A stretch of DNA of 32,000 bases from Candidatus Helarchaeota archaeon. GTDB lineage: Archaea; Asgardarchaeota; Lokiarchaeia; Helarchaeales; RDOG01. Shown in pieces: positions 8,601 to 17,424 of the stretch. Both the position numbers and the translations under genes were made by a program. The notes below the pieces were generated by a model, which saw only the letters and a program-made list of their open reading frames with translations, ran no database searches and had not been told where the DNA came from. Where the stretch lies: NCBI GenBank assembly GCA_019058315.1, contig JAHPZH010000009.1, positions 108,505 to 140,504 on the forward strand, read 5' to 3'. Each line of letters opens with the position of its first letter. Position 1 is the stretch's first letter.

Positions 8601-9220
8601 AAATTAATTTCCTCTAAATAACGCTCGACTTCCCTTTCTGTGGTTTTATATCTGCTTAAATGTAAGATTTTACGAACAATATCACCAATTAAAATGGTAA
8701 GTGCTGTTTCAGTACCTCCAGCAGAACGAATTGGACCCGAGAAATAAATAGCTAAATATTCAGTTTTATCAAGATTTTGCTTAATCTTCACACTTGCAAT
8801 ACCATCGATAGGAGCTGCTGTTATTCCTTCAGTTAAGATTCCAAGTGCTGTTCTAACCGCTTGATCAGCCCTTCTTTGCTTAGTCTCTAATCCAAATTCA
8901 CCCGAAGCAATTTCTTCGGCAATTTTAAAAGCAATTTTTTCATGGTCTAATTTATTATTAATTAATTCACGAATTCTAGTTGCCACATTTTGAGGACCTA
9001 TCAATTTTTCAACTCGAGATGCCACATCAGTCGCCCAAGGGATTTCTACTGCATTTGAAGGGTCATATCCTTTACCCCTTGCCCGATTTGCGACATTATA
9101 TAATTTTTCAATTTCTGAAATTAAATTGATAAAATAATCTTTGATATTATTACTCATATTATTTTGGTTTAAATCATGCGAATTCTTGCTTTCTAGAGAA
9201 CCTTCTTCAGAAATTATCAT
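5699..9220 (-). CDS. polC: Archaeal DNA polymerase II (PolD) large subunit DP2
   Basis: 1173 aa; [106 protein letters not shown]; several CxxC zinc motifs. No intein. Confidence 0.96.
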   Translation of the reverse strand: [1173 protein letters not shown]

Positions 9221-9439
9221 ACAAATACTTTATATTTTCTTAGAAATATAAAATAATTTTTAAAAAATAACACTATATTCAAATAAATAAATTATTAAAT
9301 TATTATCTTTTCGAAAATTGATTGAATTTCAATTTTTAACTTATTTTATATCCGACAAAAATAATCATCTTTAATAATATTCTATAATTCTTATTTTTTA
9401 ACTCGAACCAGAAAAGTAAAATTAATTATTATTAAAATA

Positions 9440-10816
9440 TTGATATTAAAAAAATTAATACATTCCAAAATTAGTATTGAGGAAATCTTTGTGAAAGCTA
9501 AAAGAAAAGGAATAATACGAATTTTTTTAATCGTAGCTATTGTGCTCTTCACTATTCCTTTAATATCCTCAACTTCATTGGAATATACAAGCTCTTCAGA
9601 AGTAAGGATATTATTTGATGAAGCTCATGGGCAATTCTGCCAATTGGATGATTATAAAGGGAATTATATCCTAGCTCTTACCTTGTTGAACATGTCTGCT
9701 CGATATGAAGTAAGAGTCCTTAAAGATAATTCTTCGATTACACCTTTGAGACTACTTGGAGTTGATATTTTAGTTATAGGAAATCCTGGAATTAATAATA
9801 CATATGATGAAAAAGAATTAAATACAATTTCTGCTTTTGCTTTAAAGGGTGGCTCAATTTTACTAATGAGTGAAGGATATGTGGAAGATCGCTATCCATT
9901 AAATCAAAGTATTCCAAATACTACTGAATTAAATAAAATTTTAAAAGCTGTAGGTCTTGTCCAAGCCAAATTTACTAATGAAACTATTAGAGATGTCAGT
10001 CAATGGTTATATTATTATGCAGGTGATACTCATCAAATTCCAATCACTAGTGCTAGTTTCTCGCCTCAATATACAGTAGGTATGGGGATTGATATGGTAT
10101 TAATGTTTGGCTCACATATAGATATAAATCCATTTATATTTTCAAATAATATTATGGCAACTGGACGTACATTGGATCTGGGAACTTTTATTTACCCCCT
10201 TTCTACAACTACTTCGGGAACAACTCTACCTATATGGCTCGCAGGATTTCAGCTATTTACAGGATCACGAGTATTACTTTGCGGTTCAACTATGATGTTT
10301 AGTGACTTAATTCCTAGAGGTTTGGAAAGAAGAATGAAATTTGGGGAAGATAATCTTACTATTGCATCACCATGGTATTTTTCATATGATACTTCTGATT
10401 TTGGGCTTTTATTTGGTCTTCCATCATTTGATAATGCTCAATTATGGATGAATATGTTTGATTGGCTGAGTATTTCAGAAAATCAAAACTTTCTCCCTTT
10501 AATAATAGCTTTTTTAGCTGGTATAATCGGAATATTAGGAATAGGTTTTTCATTATTTATTTATGCAAAAAGGACTAAAATCAAAGAAATAAAAATAGAA
10601 ATCTCGGAACAAGAAATAGAAGAGTTGCCAACTGTATTAGAAAGAGCTGAAACTTTAAAATCTGCAAGAAAAAGTCTAAAAACTGGAGAATACTCAAAAG
10701 CAGCTGAATTATATATCAAAGCTTCAAAATTATCCTCTAAAATTAAAGATGATATTAATCGTAAAAAATTCAATAAAAAAGCAAGAGATATACGTTCTTC
10801 TAGAAAATTAAAATAA
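9440..10816 (+). CDS. Two-TM membrane protein: extracytoplasmic GATase/GIFT (DUF4350-like) domain plus cytoplasmic MIT/TPR-like tail
   Basis: N-terminal TM (IIRIFLIVAIVLFTIPLIS), VRILFDEAHGQFCQLDDYKGNYILALTLLNMSARYEVRVLKDNSSITPLRLLGVDILVIGNPG, second TM (FLPLIIAFLAGIIGILGIGFSLFIYA), then three short helices LERAETLKSARKSLKTGEYSKAAELYIKASKLSSKI. Confidence 0.6.
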   Translation: MILKKLIHSKISIEEIFVKAKRKGIIRIFLIVAIVLFTIPLISSTSLEYTSSSEVRILFDEAHGQFCQLDDYKGNYILALTLLNMSARYEVRVLKDNSSITPLRLLGVDILVIGNPGINNTYDEKELNTISAFALKGGSILLMSEGYVEDRYPLNQSIPNTTELNKILKAVGLVQAKFTNETIRDVSQWLYYYAGDTHQIPITSASFSPQYTVGMGIDMVLMFGSHIDINPFIFSNNIMATGRTLDLGTFIYPLSTTTSGTTLPIWLAGFQLFTGSRVLLCGSTMMFSDLIPRGLERRMKFGEDNLTIASPWYFSYDTSDFGLLFGLPSFDNAQLWMNMFDWLSISENQNFLPLIIAFLAGIIGILGIGFSLFIYAKRTKIKEIKIEISEQEIEELPTVLERAETLKSARKSLKTGEYSKAAELYIKASKLSSKIKDDINRKKFNKKARDIRSSRKLK

Positions 10817-10870
10817 ATTTAAATTAGAAAGTCTTAACTTTACTAGAATCATTAAATAAAGGTTTGCTGC

Positions 10871-11134
10871 TTATGCTTCTTGTTCTTCGTAAATTTTATC
10901 AATAAAATGACCATATACATCAACAGGCTCGTCCAAGAATGTAATATTATCTAACTCTACTTTTAATTGGCAATTTCCACAAGTTACGATTGCTCTGCCT
11001 ATTCCATCTAAACTCGCTGGTTTAAAAATCTCAATTACAACGCTAGATTTGGTCCCACACATTGGGCAGTCAAAAACTTTTGGAATTCTTTTCCTAGGTC
11101 GACGAGCAACTTTTTGTCTCTTTCTTCTGCCCAT
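10871..11134 (-). CDS. elf1: Elf1-type transcription elongation factor (ELOF1 homologue), zinc ribbon
   Basis: MGRRKRQKVARRPRKRIPKVFDCPMCG...VTCGNCQ...ITFLDEPVDVYGHFIDKIYE matches the eukaryotic ELOF1 layout (MGRRK, two CxxC, YLSEPVDVYSDWID). Confidence 0.88.
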   Translation of the reverse strand: MGRRKRQKVARRPRKRIPKVFDCPMCGTKSSVVIEIFKPASLDGIGRAIVTCGNCQLKVELDNITFLDEPVDVYGHFIDKIYEEQEA

Positions 11135-11222
11135 ATTTTCAAATCCTTTAATATTTATTAATCAAAATAAGTAAATTCAATTTATTTAATTTTTTGATTT
11201 ATATACTTCCTAAATAGTATAT

Positions 11223-11804
11223 TTAGATTTTTTTTCTTATTGTTGCAAAATCTTCAGTTTCTTGCATATTCCAAGTACAAATTTCTTTCAAATTAGACTT
11301 ATTGAACATATTTTCAAATTCTTTTAATTCTAACTCCTTTTTTAAAATAGTAAAAATTGTAAAACCTCCTCTTTTACATATTCTTTTAACTTCATTTATT
11401 GACATAACGGGATCAGGAAGGTTTTGTAATAGTGTGATTGAAAAAACAGTAGAAAATATGTTTTCCCTGAAAGGTAAAAAATCCGTATCTGCACAAATTA
11501 AATGTAAGATATTATTTTCGTTCTTTTTTAAGGCAATTTTTAACATTTCTTTGGATATATCAATACCAACTAAAAAATTGGTGTGATTTTTTAATAGATT
11601 AAAAATAAGACATGTTCCACATCCTAAATCTAAAATAGCTTCTTTTTTGAATTTTTTTAACTTATTAAAAATCATTTTATATTTTAGATTTTGGATTGAT
11701 TTATATCGTTTATCATAATTTTTAGCAGTCTGATTATATTTAGAAATCATGTCTAATTTCTTTTTAATTGAATTTATTTTCCCGAAATTTAATTTATTAG
11801 TCAT
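11223..11804 (-). CDS. Class I SAM-dependent methyltransferase
   Basis: AILDLGCGTCLIFNLL motif I, LVGIDISKEML, TVFSITLLQNLPDP (Methyltransf_11-like). Confidence 0.85.
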   Translation of the reverse strand: MTNKLNFGKINSIKKKLDMISKYNQTAKNYDKRYKSIQNLKYKMIFNKLKKFKKEAILDLGCGTCLIFNLLKNHTNFLVGIDISKEMLKIALKKNENNILHLICADTDFLPFRENIFSTVFSITLLQNLPDPVMSINEVKRICKRGGFTIFTILKKELELKEFENMFNKSNLKEICTWNMQETEDFATIRKKI

Positions 11805-12363
11805 TATCGTCTATTTCGCTCTTTGATACTAAAGATTCAATCATTTCATGAAAGTCAAATAAAAAATCATCTAATATTTTTTCACGCGTCTTCATAGTTT
11901 CCTTTTCAGATAATCTTAACAATAACGAATCATCTTTTCTTATGGAATTAATAATCATCTCAATTATCAATTCTTTAATCTTTTTAAGCCCTTCATCAGT
12001 AAATCTGTAGATTTTTTTGGTCTTCCCTCTACAATGAGCGTATTTCGTCGCTATAATGAATTTACAAATCCCATTTTTTTCCCATTTTTTCAAAATGTCC
12101 TTTACTAATCTATGAGTTATAGAAAATTTCGTATTTGGTTTATTTAATATCTTTAATACTAATTTTGCTAATTGTGAACTCGGAAAATCGTAACTATGCC
12201 ATTTAGAATTTACACCAACAACATATTCAGCGATAATCCATTCAATAATTTTTTCTTCTTCCTTTAATTTTTTAATTATCCCCAATTCTAAAGATGATTT
12301 CCTTTTCTTTATTGCTTTGACCATATAGATATTAATAATGATTTTATAATATAAGGATTTCAA
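11797..12363 (-). CDS. Putative winged-helix protein of unknown function
   Basis: Helical ORF with SSQLAKLVLKILN...HRLVKDILKKWEKNGICKFI...KKIYRFTDEGLKKI wing-like pattern; overlaps the methyltransferase start by 8 nt. Confidence 0.45.
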   Translation of the reverse strand: MKSLYYKIIINIYMVKAIKKRKSSLELGIIKKLKEEEKIIEWIIAEYVVGVNSKWHSYDFPSSQLAKLVLKILNKPNTKFSITHRLVKDILKKWEKNGICKFIIATKYAHCRGKTKKIYRFTDEGLKKIKELIIEMIINSIRKDDSLLLRLSEKETMKTREKILDDFLFDFHEMIESLVSKSEIDDND

Positions 12364-12441
12364 TCCTAAATGAATTTAGAATAAAAAGAAGAAAAATAAT
12401 TAATTTAACTAATTTGATAAAAATAGATAAATAATTTATAA

Positions 12442-14253
12442 TTATTTAGAAAGACTTTCTAAACTACGTTTAATAGTTTTAACCTTTGTCCATATTTCGT
12501 CCGCTAGCTTTATTTCTTCTAATTGCTCCGAAATTATTGCGGCTCTTTCTAAAAATCTCACTGCATCATTGAAATTTTCTTTATCAATAGCACCGTCAGC
12601 TTCCTCCATTACTTTTTTCCTTTCTTCTCTAAGAGTTGTTTTTTCTTCATCTGAGAGCTCTATTTTCTCTATTTTTTCTGGAGCTTCTTTGATTTCCTCT
12701 TTTTTTTCTATTTTTAATTTTTTATGAATTTCCTTTTCTAATATTAAGATTTTTTGTAATTCTTCTTCTGCCCCTTCTTCTTTAATTTCAACGAGCTGCA
12801 TTCCAATTTTTTTAGCTCTTTCGAGAGGTGCAAGAGCAACATCATACAATTTGTTTTTAATTGCTCTCTTAACTTTAATTAATTCTTCTTTTTGATCATT
12901 CTTAAGTTGGTCAATTTGTTTTTTATCAAGAATTGGCTTAACTCTGGGTAATTTTGGTTTAGCTATTGGTTTTACTTTTATAACCGGTTTGGGTTTAGGT
13001 ACTTCTTTCATTTTAATTTTAGGTTTTGCAGGTAGTTTAACTTTAGGTTTTGCTTCTTCTTTAGCAATTCGTTCGTCTTCTTCTTTTTTCATCAACATTG
13101 CAGCTCTTGTACCAAACATTGCTACTTCGGGCGATAATCCTTGAAATATACCTTTTAAAAGATTTAAATGTTGCAATGCAAGACTCTGGGAAATATTTCG
13201 TTCACCCCACCTTCTACGAATTGCATCCACCATGTATTCGGGAAAAAATGTTGGATAAGCTATATCATTTAATAAATAAATAAGATCGTTTCCATCCTTT
13301 TGTTTTATTTCTTTTATTAATTCTATTTTATTAAGCGCACTTAATTTTGCATCCAAGCTTGTTGGATTAAGGTTAAGAGTTTTAATAAGTGCTTCTTTCT
13401 CCTGATAATTCTGCCTTAAAACTGAAATTACAGAATATAAATCTGGATCTGAAAATATTATTGAACATTCTTTACTATCTTTTTCCTCTAATTTATATTT
13501 TTTAAAAAATCTTTGAACATCATTCCTATAACCACTAAATATTGCCTTTTTAACTTTCCCTTTCTTTCCAAATTGTTTAATCATATTTTTGGCAGGAACT
13601 CTCATGAAGAATACATCTTTTATTAAAAATAAGCATTCAGTCTCCGCGCTTATTTCAGTTGGGATTTTAAATTCTTTTAAGATATTAGTTTTGAAAAATG
13701 GCATTAATAATCCATCTAAATCTAATACATCTTCACCCATTCTATCACTAAGCCATTTACGTAAAACTTCTTTAATTACTGCTCCTTCAGTTAATTTTCT
13801 TAAAATTAGTACTCGAGTTGGGTTCTTGAAGATGAAAGAAAACCTTTGTTCATCAGTTAAAGATAAGAATTTTGGAATTTTTTCAAAATAACTCCTTAAA
13901 ATATCAGTAAAATTTGGCTTTTTTCGTTGTTCAACTATTTCATAAATAGTTTCAACCAGTGATTCTTCATATATACTAGGATCTTCAGTATCTTCTAATA
14001 TTAAAGCAACATAGAATTGATCTCTTCCTTCTTCTGGAAGACCTGTATAATAAGAACAAATATTTAAGCCTTCAATCATCATAGAAAGAAAACCCGCCTC
14101 GCCACCACCCATTGCATGTGTTGTAAATATTCGCAATAATTGATCTTCAGAAATTGAAATGTTGGGATATTTTCCTTCAAGAACAATTCCTATTTTGTCA
14201 TCCCATCTGACAAGGACAATTCCTCTTGGAATTTTAAAAACCTCTTTTATCAA
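12442..14253 (-). CDS. Large Asgard-type multidomain protein: longin/roadblock-like N-terminus, wHTH-like middle, Lys/Pro-rich linker, two C-terminal TPR/MIT-like helical repeats
   Basis: N-terminus FKIPRGIVLVRWDDKIGIVLEGKYPN...; linker KPKVKLPAKPKIKMKEVPKPKPVIKVKPIAKPKLPRVKP; repeats VKRAIKNKLYDVALAPLERAKKIGMQLVEI and ADGAIDKENFNDAVRFLERAAIISEQLEEI. Confidence 0.5.
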   Translation of the reverse strand: MIKEVFKIPRGIVLVRWDDKIGIVLEGKYPNISISEDQLLRIFTTHAMGGGEAGFLSMMIEGLNICSYYTGLPEEGRDQFYVALILEDTEDPSIYEESLVETIYEIVEQRKKPNFTDILRSYFEKIPKFLSLTDEQRFSFIFKNPTRVLILRKLTEGAVIKEVLRKWLSDRMGEDVLDLDGLLMPFFKTNILKEFKIPTEISAETECLFLIKDVFFMRVPAKNMIKQFGKKGKVKKAIFSGYRNDVQRFFKKYKLEEKDSKECSIIFSDPDLYSVISVLRQNYQEKEALIKTLNLNPTSLDAKLSALNKIELIKEIKQKDGNDLIYLLNDIAYPTFFPEYMVDAIRRRWGERNISQSLALQHLNLLKGIFQGLSPEVAMFGTRAAMLMKKEEDERIAKEEAKPKVKLPAKPKIKMKEVPKPKPVIKVKPIAKPKLPRVKPILDKKQIDQLKNDQKEELIKVKRAIKNKLYDVALAPLERAKKIGMQLVEIKEEGAEEELQKILILEKEIHKKLKIEKKEEIKEAPEKIEKIELSDEEKTTLREERKKVMEEADGAIDKENFNDAVRFLERAAIISEQLEEIKLADEIWTKVKTIKRSLESLSK

Positions 14254-14632
14254 TTCTCAAATATAATTCTGAATAGTTATCATAATAAATGAAGGTTATT
14301 AAATGAATAGACTAATTTTCTAATAAGTCATTTATATCTGTATTCTTTTTTTTATATTTTGTTGAGTATTTTTAAATTCAATAATTATACAAACTTTCAC
14401 GTTAAATAATAATTTTAGATAAAATTACCAATTTAAAAAACAAGTTTATTCTTTAATTAATAAAAAAGTTTAGGTATTAAATAATTAATAACTAGGTATA
14501 TACAGAAACCGTTTGAAACAGTTATAAATTAAGATATAGCCATTTGAATTTTAAAGTTTTTAGAGAAAAAGGAAAGAAGGGTCAGAAAATAAGAAATTTT
14601 TTAAAAAATATTATTCTCATGTGAAAACTGAA

Positions 14633-14920
14633 TTAACCGAACAATGCTCCTAATCCAGTCGCTTCCTCTTTCTTTTCTTCTTTCTTTTCCTCTTTCTTTT
14701 CCTTTTTTGGTGCTTCAGGAGCTGTAGATTGAATTATAGGCATAGCTTGTGAACTACTTAAGGCTTCTTCTATATTCACGCCTTCTAAAGCTGCAATAAC
14801 AGCTTTAATCCTTCCAGTGTCGAGAGTTATTCCAGCGGCGGTCATGACTTTTTTTAGATTTTCTTCATTAATATCTTTTCCAGCTTTATGAAGCAATAAA
14901 GAGCCATATATATATTCCAT
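14633..14920 (-). CDS. rpl12: Large ribosomal subunit protein P1/L12
   Basis: [31 protein letters not shown]...[19 protein letters not shown]. Confidence 0.96.
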   Translation of the reverse strand: MEYIYGSLLLHKAGKDINEENLKKVMTAAGITLDTGRIKAVIAALEGVNIEEALSSSQAMPIIQSTAPEAPKKEKKEEKKEEKKEEATGLGALFG

Positions 14921-14932
14921 TTTTATACCTCC

Positions 14933-15919
14933 TTAACCAAATAAACTACCTAATCCACCTGAACTCGTTTCTTCGGGGGGTTTTTCCTTTTCTTTTTCTT
15001 CTACCTTTTCTTTTTCTTGAGTTTGTGTCGGGACTTCTATTGGTAGCGCGTTTGGATCAATTTCTAAAATTTTTGATAATATTATGTTTGAATTATTATA
15101 AGCCTTAAATAAAATATCATTTATAAATTCTTTTTCAATAACAGGTGCACTTATTATTACAGACTTCGCTTGTTGATTAGCTTTCTGTAAAAGATGTGTG
15201 ATATTTTCTTTATTTGGGAATGTAATTTCGATTGATAAATTCAAAGCAGAAGTATGAGCTGAAGTCAATTGTCCAAATATTTCGCTAAAATCTACTTCGA
15301 GATCTTCTCCTTTAAGTATCACGCCACTATCTAGGGCTGTATATAAGGATAAACCTACTTTCATTGGAAAAATATTAAGTTTAGTTAATACAATAGCCAG
15401 TTGTAATGAGATCTCGTCCCCTTGTTTAGCAATTACTTTTTCTTCTTTTATATGAATAGTACCTGATTGTACTTTTGTTTGTAATCCGACTGAATTCAAT
15501 TCACTTATAACTGGTCCTGGTGGAAAACCTGTATCTTTTTCAGGAATAATGATATCAATTGGTGTGATATCGCCAGATTTTGCGGGAGCTTGAGCCTTAT
15601 TTTCATTTAATATTTTTACTAATTTAAAAATGTTCAAATCTGTAAAAATGAGAGCTGTGGACCCTTTCATTTCGTCCATTAATTTTTTATATCCTGGTTT
15701 ATCTCCAAATTTTTCAAATGCGAATTTGATTAACCGACTTTTAGCCATACGTATTACAGCAGTATCTCGAAGTTTTTTTCTAATAATCTGTAGCTGTTTT
15801 GAAGGAATTTTTTCCATTTTACATAGACCAATGATTGGATAACTTTCTATCAGTTTAGTTAACTCTTTAATTGTCTCTATCTTATGCTGAGGTATTTTTT
15901 TCTTGGCTGTTGTAGACAT
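14933..15919 (-). CDS. rpl10: Large ribosomal subunit protein L10 (P0/uL10)
   Basis: Archaeal uL10 start (KIETIKELTKLIESYPIIGLCKMEKIPSKQLQIIRKKLR), C-terminal GGLGSLFG tail, position between L1 and L12. Confidence 0.96.
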   Translation of the reverse strand: MSTTAKKKIPQHKIETIKELTKLIESYPIIGLCKMEKIPSKQLQIIRKKLRDTAVIRMAKSRLIKFAFEKFGDKPGYKKLMDEMKGSTALIFTDLNIFKLVKILNENKAQAPAKSGDITPIDIIIPEKDTGFPPGPVISELNSVGLQTKVQSGTIHIKEEKVIAKQGDEISLQLAIVLTKLNIFPMKVGLSLYTALDSGVILKGEDLEVDFSEIFGQLTSAHTSALNLSIEITFPNKENITHLLQKANQQAKSVIISAPVIEKEFINDILFKAYNNSNIILSKILEIDPNALPIEVPTQTQEKEKVEEKEKEKPPEETSSGGLGSLFG

Positions 15920-15921
15920 TT

Positions 15922-16599
15922 TTATTTCCTCAAGGGTATTTTAACAGGGGGACTCATTGTTGCTTTAATAAATATTGATTTTACATTTCGTAAACCTTTC
16001 TCTAAATTATGTTCTAAATAATTCATTAAAACTTGAAGATTTTCAAATATTTCTTTAGATTCCATTTTTTCGTTCCCAATTGCAGTTTGAATAATGGGGT
16101 TCTTTTTTATTCGAAATCTGGCGGTTTTTTTGTATTTGTCTAAAATTTCCTCTAAATCCGATTTTGGATTTACAATGGCAGCACCTTTTGGGGGGGCAAG
16201 TGGCATTTTTCCAAGTGGTCCTAAAACAGGCCCTAAAAAACGTCCAACATTTGGCATTAAGTCGATTCCTACTATAAAAAAGTCGAAATCCTTAGCAATC
16301 TTTTTGGCAGATTTTCTGTCACTACCTAGACGCCCTAATTCTTCTTTATCAATTATCTTATCCGCTCCAGCTTTTTCAGCTCTTAGAGCAATATCGCCCT
16401 GTGCAATTACACAGATTTTTACATCCTTAATTGGATATTTAAGAGTTATTTCAGCATTTATTCTATTTTGTGGTTGATTCAAATCCAAATCTTTTAAATT
16501 AATAACAATATCAATTGTTTGAGTGAATTTTCTCGGCTTGGATTTTTTCTTTATCTCTTCAAGGGCAATATTAACATTTTCGGTAGTTACAGACATCAA
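15922..16599 (-). CDS. rpl1: Large ribosomal subunit protein L1
   Basis: FTQTIDIVINLKDLDLNQPQNRINAEITLKYP, GPVLGPLGKMPLAPPKG. Confidence 0.96.
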   Translation of the reverse strand: MMSVTTENVNIALEEIKKKSKPRKFTQTIDIVINLKDLDLNQPQNRINAEITLKYPIKDVKICVIAQGDIALRAEKAGADKIIDKEELGRLGSDRKSAKKIAKDFDFFIVGIDLMPNVGRFLGPVLGPLGKMPLAPPKGAAIVNPKSDLEEILDKYKKTARFRIKKNPIIQTAIGNEKMESKEIFENLQVLMNYLEHNLEKGLRNVKSIFIKATMSPPVKIPLRK

Positions 16600-16691
16600 T
16601 CACACCAGTCTGTTTTATTATTAGTTTATTTAGTAAAAAAAATTAATCTTATTAAATATTATCAAAAAATTAAATTTAGAAAAAATTTAAT

Positions 16692-17180
16692 CTACAATAC
16701 AATTTGAGAATCATATTCATTTTGATCAACAGCTTTTTGAATATCTCTTGGATCTTGCCCTTCGACAGTTACTCCCAGACTTATACAAGTGCCTAAGACT
16801 GTCTTAACGGCGTTTTTAAGATCTTTTGCAAGTAACTGTTCTTTTTTTGCTTTGGCTATTGTAACTATGATAGAAAAATCAAGATCTCCTATCTTTTCAT
16901 CCTTCGGATTACCGCTTCCTTTTTCAGCTTCAGGTATTTCTTTTAAAATCAGTGCTGATGTAGGAGGACTCATAACTTCAACTTCAAATTCCTTTGTATC
17001 TGTGTCTACGACTATTTTAACTGGTACTTTGAGCCCCGTATATTCTTTTGTTAATTCATTTATCTTCTTAACTATTTGTAAAAGATTCGCACCAGTCGAA
17101 CCTAACTTTGGTCCAATTGGAGGACCAGCTGAGGCTTTACCACCTTCAACAAGAGCTTCACACGTAACTTTTCCACCCAT
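16692..17180 (-). CDS. rpl11: Large ribosomal subunit protein L11
   Basis: VEGGKASAGPPIGPKLGSTGANLLQIVKKINELTKEY; start of the L11-L1-L10-L12 operon. Confidence 0.96.
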   Translation of the reverse strand: MGGKVTCEALVEGGKASAGPPIGPKLGSTGANLLQIVKKINELTKEYTGLKVPVKIVVDTDTKEFEVEVMSPPTSALILKEIPEAEKGSGNPKDEKIGDLDFSIIVTIAKAKKEQLLAKDLKNAVKTVLGTCISLGVTVEGQDPRDIQKAVDQNEYDSQIVL

Positions 17181-17424
17181 ATATTGAAACTTCCGGTATT
17201 TTTCTATAACTTATTAGTAATGTTCTTTTCAATAATATATTTCTATTCTATTGGTCTGTAACATTATATTTACCTTTAAATTTTAAATTTTCTTAACTAA
17301 ATCATAATCAAGATTTGAGCGAATTTTAATGATAATGTAGGCGCGATAAAAAAAAATCTCGATTTTTTTATAAGCGGAAGCTAGTATTAAAAAATTATAA
17401 AATCAAAATGGTGGTAAAATTACA

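Noticed and set aside
13098-13283. + strand ORFs (13098..13283, 13589..13891) inside the large 12442..14253 gene
   Set aside because: No domain logic; antisense to a long coherent minus-strand ORF.
14254-14632. Possible RNA gene or small ORF in the 378-nt gap before rpl12
   Set aside because: Uniformly AT-rich with no GC-rich stem structure and no tRNA elements I can fold.
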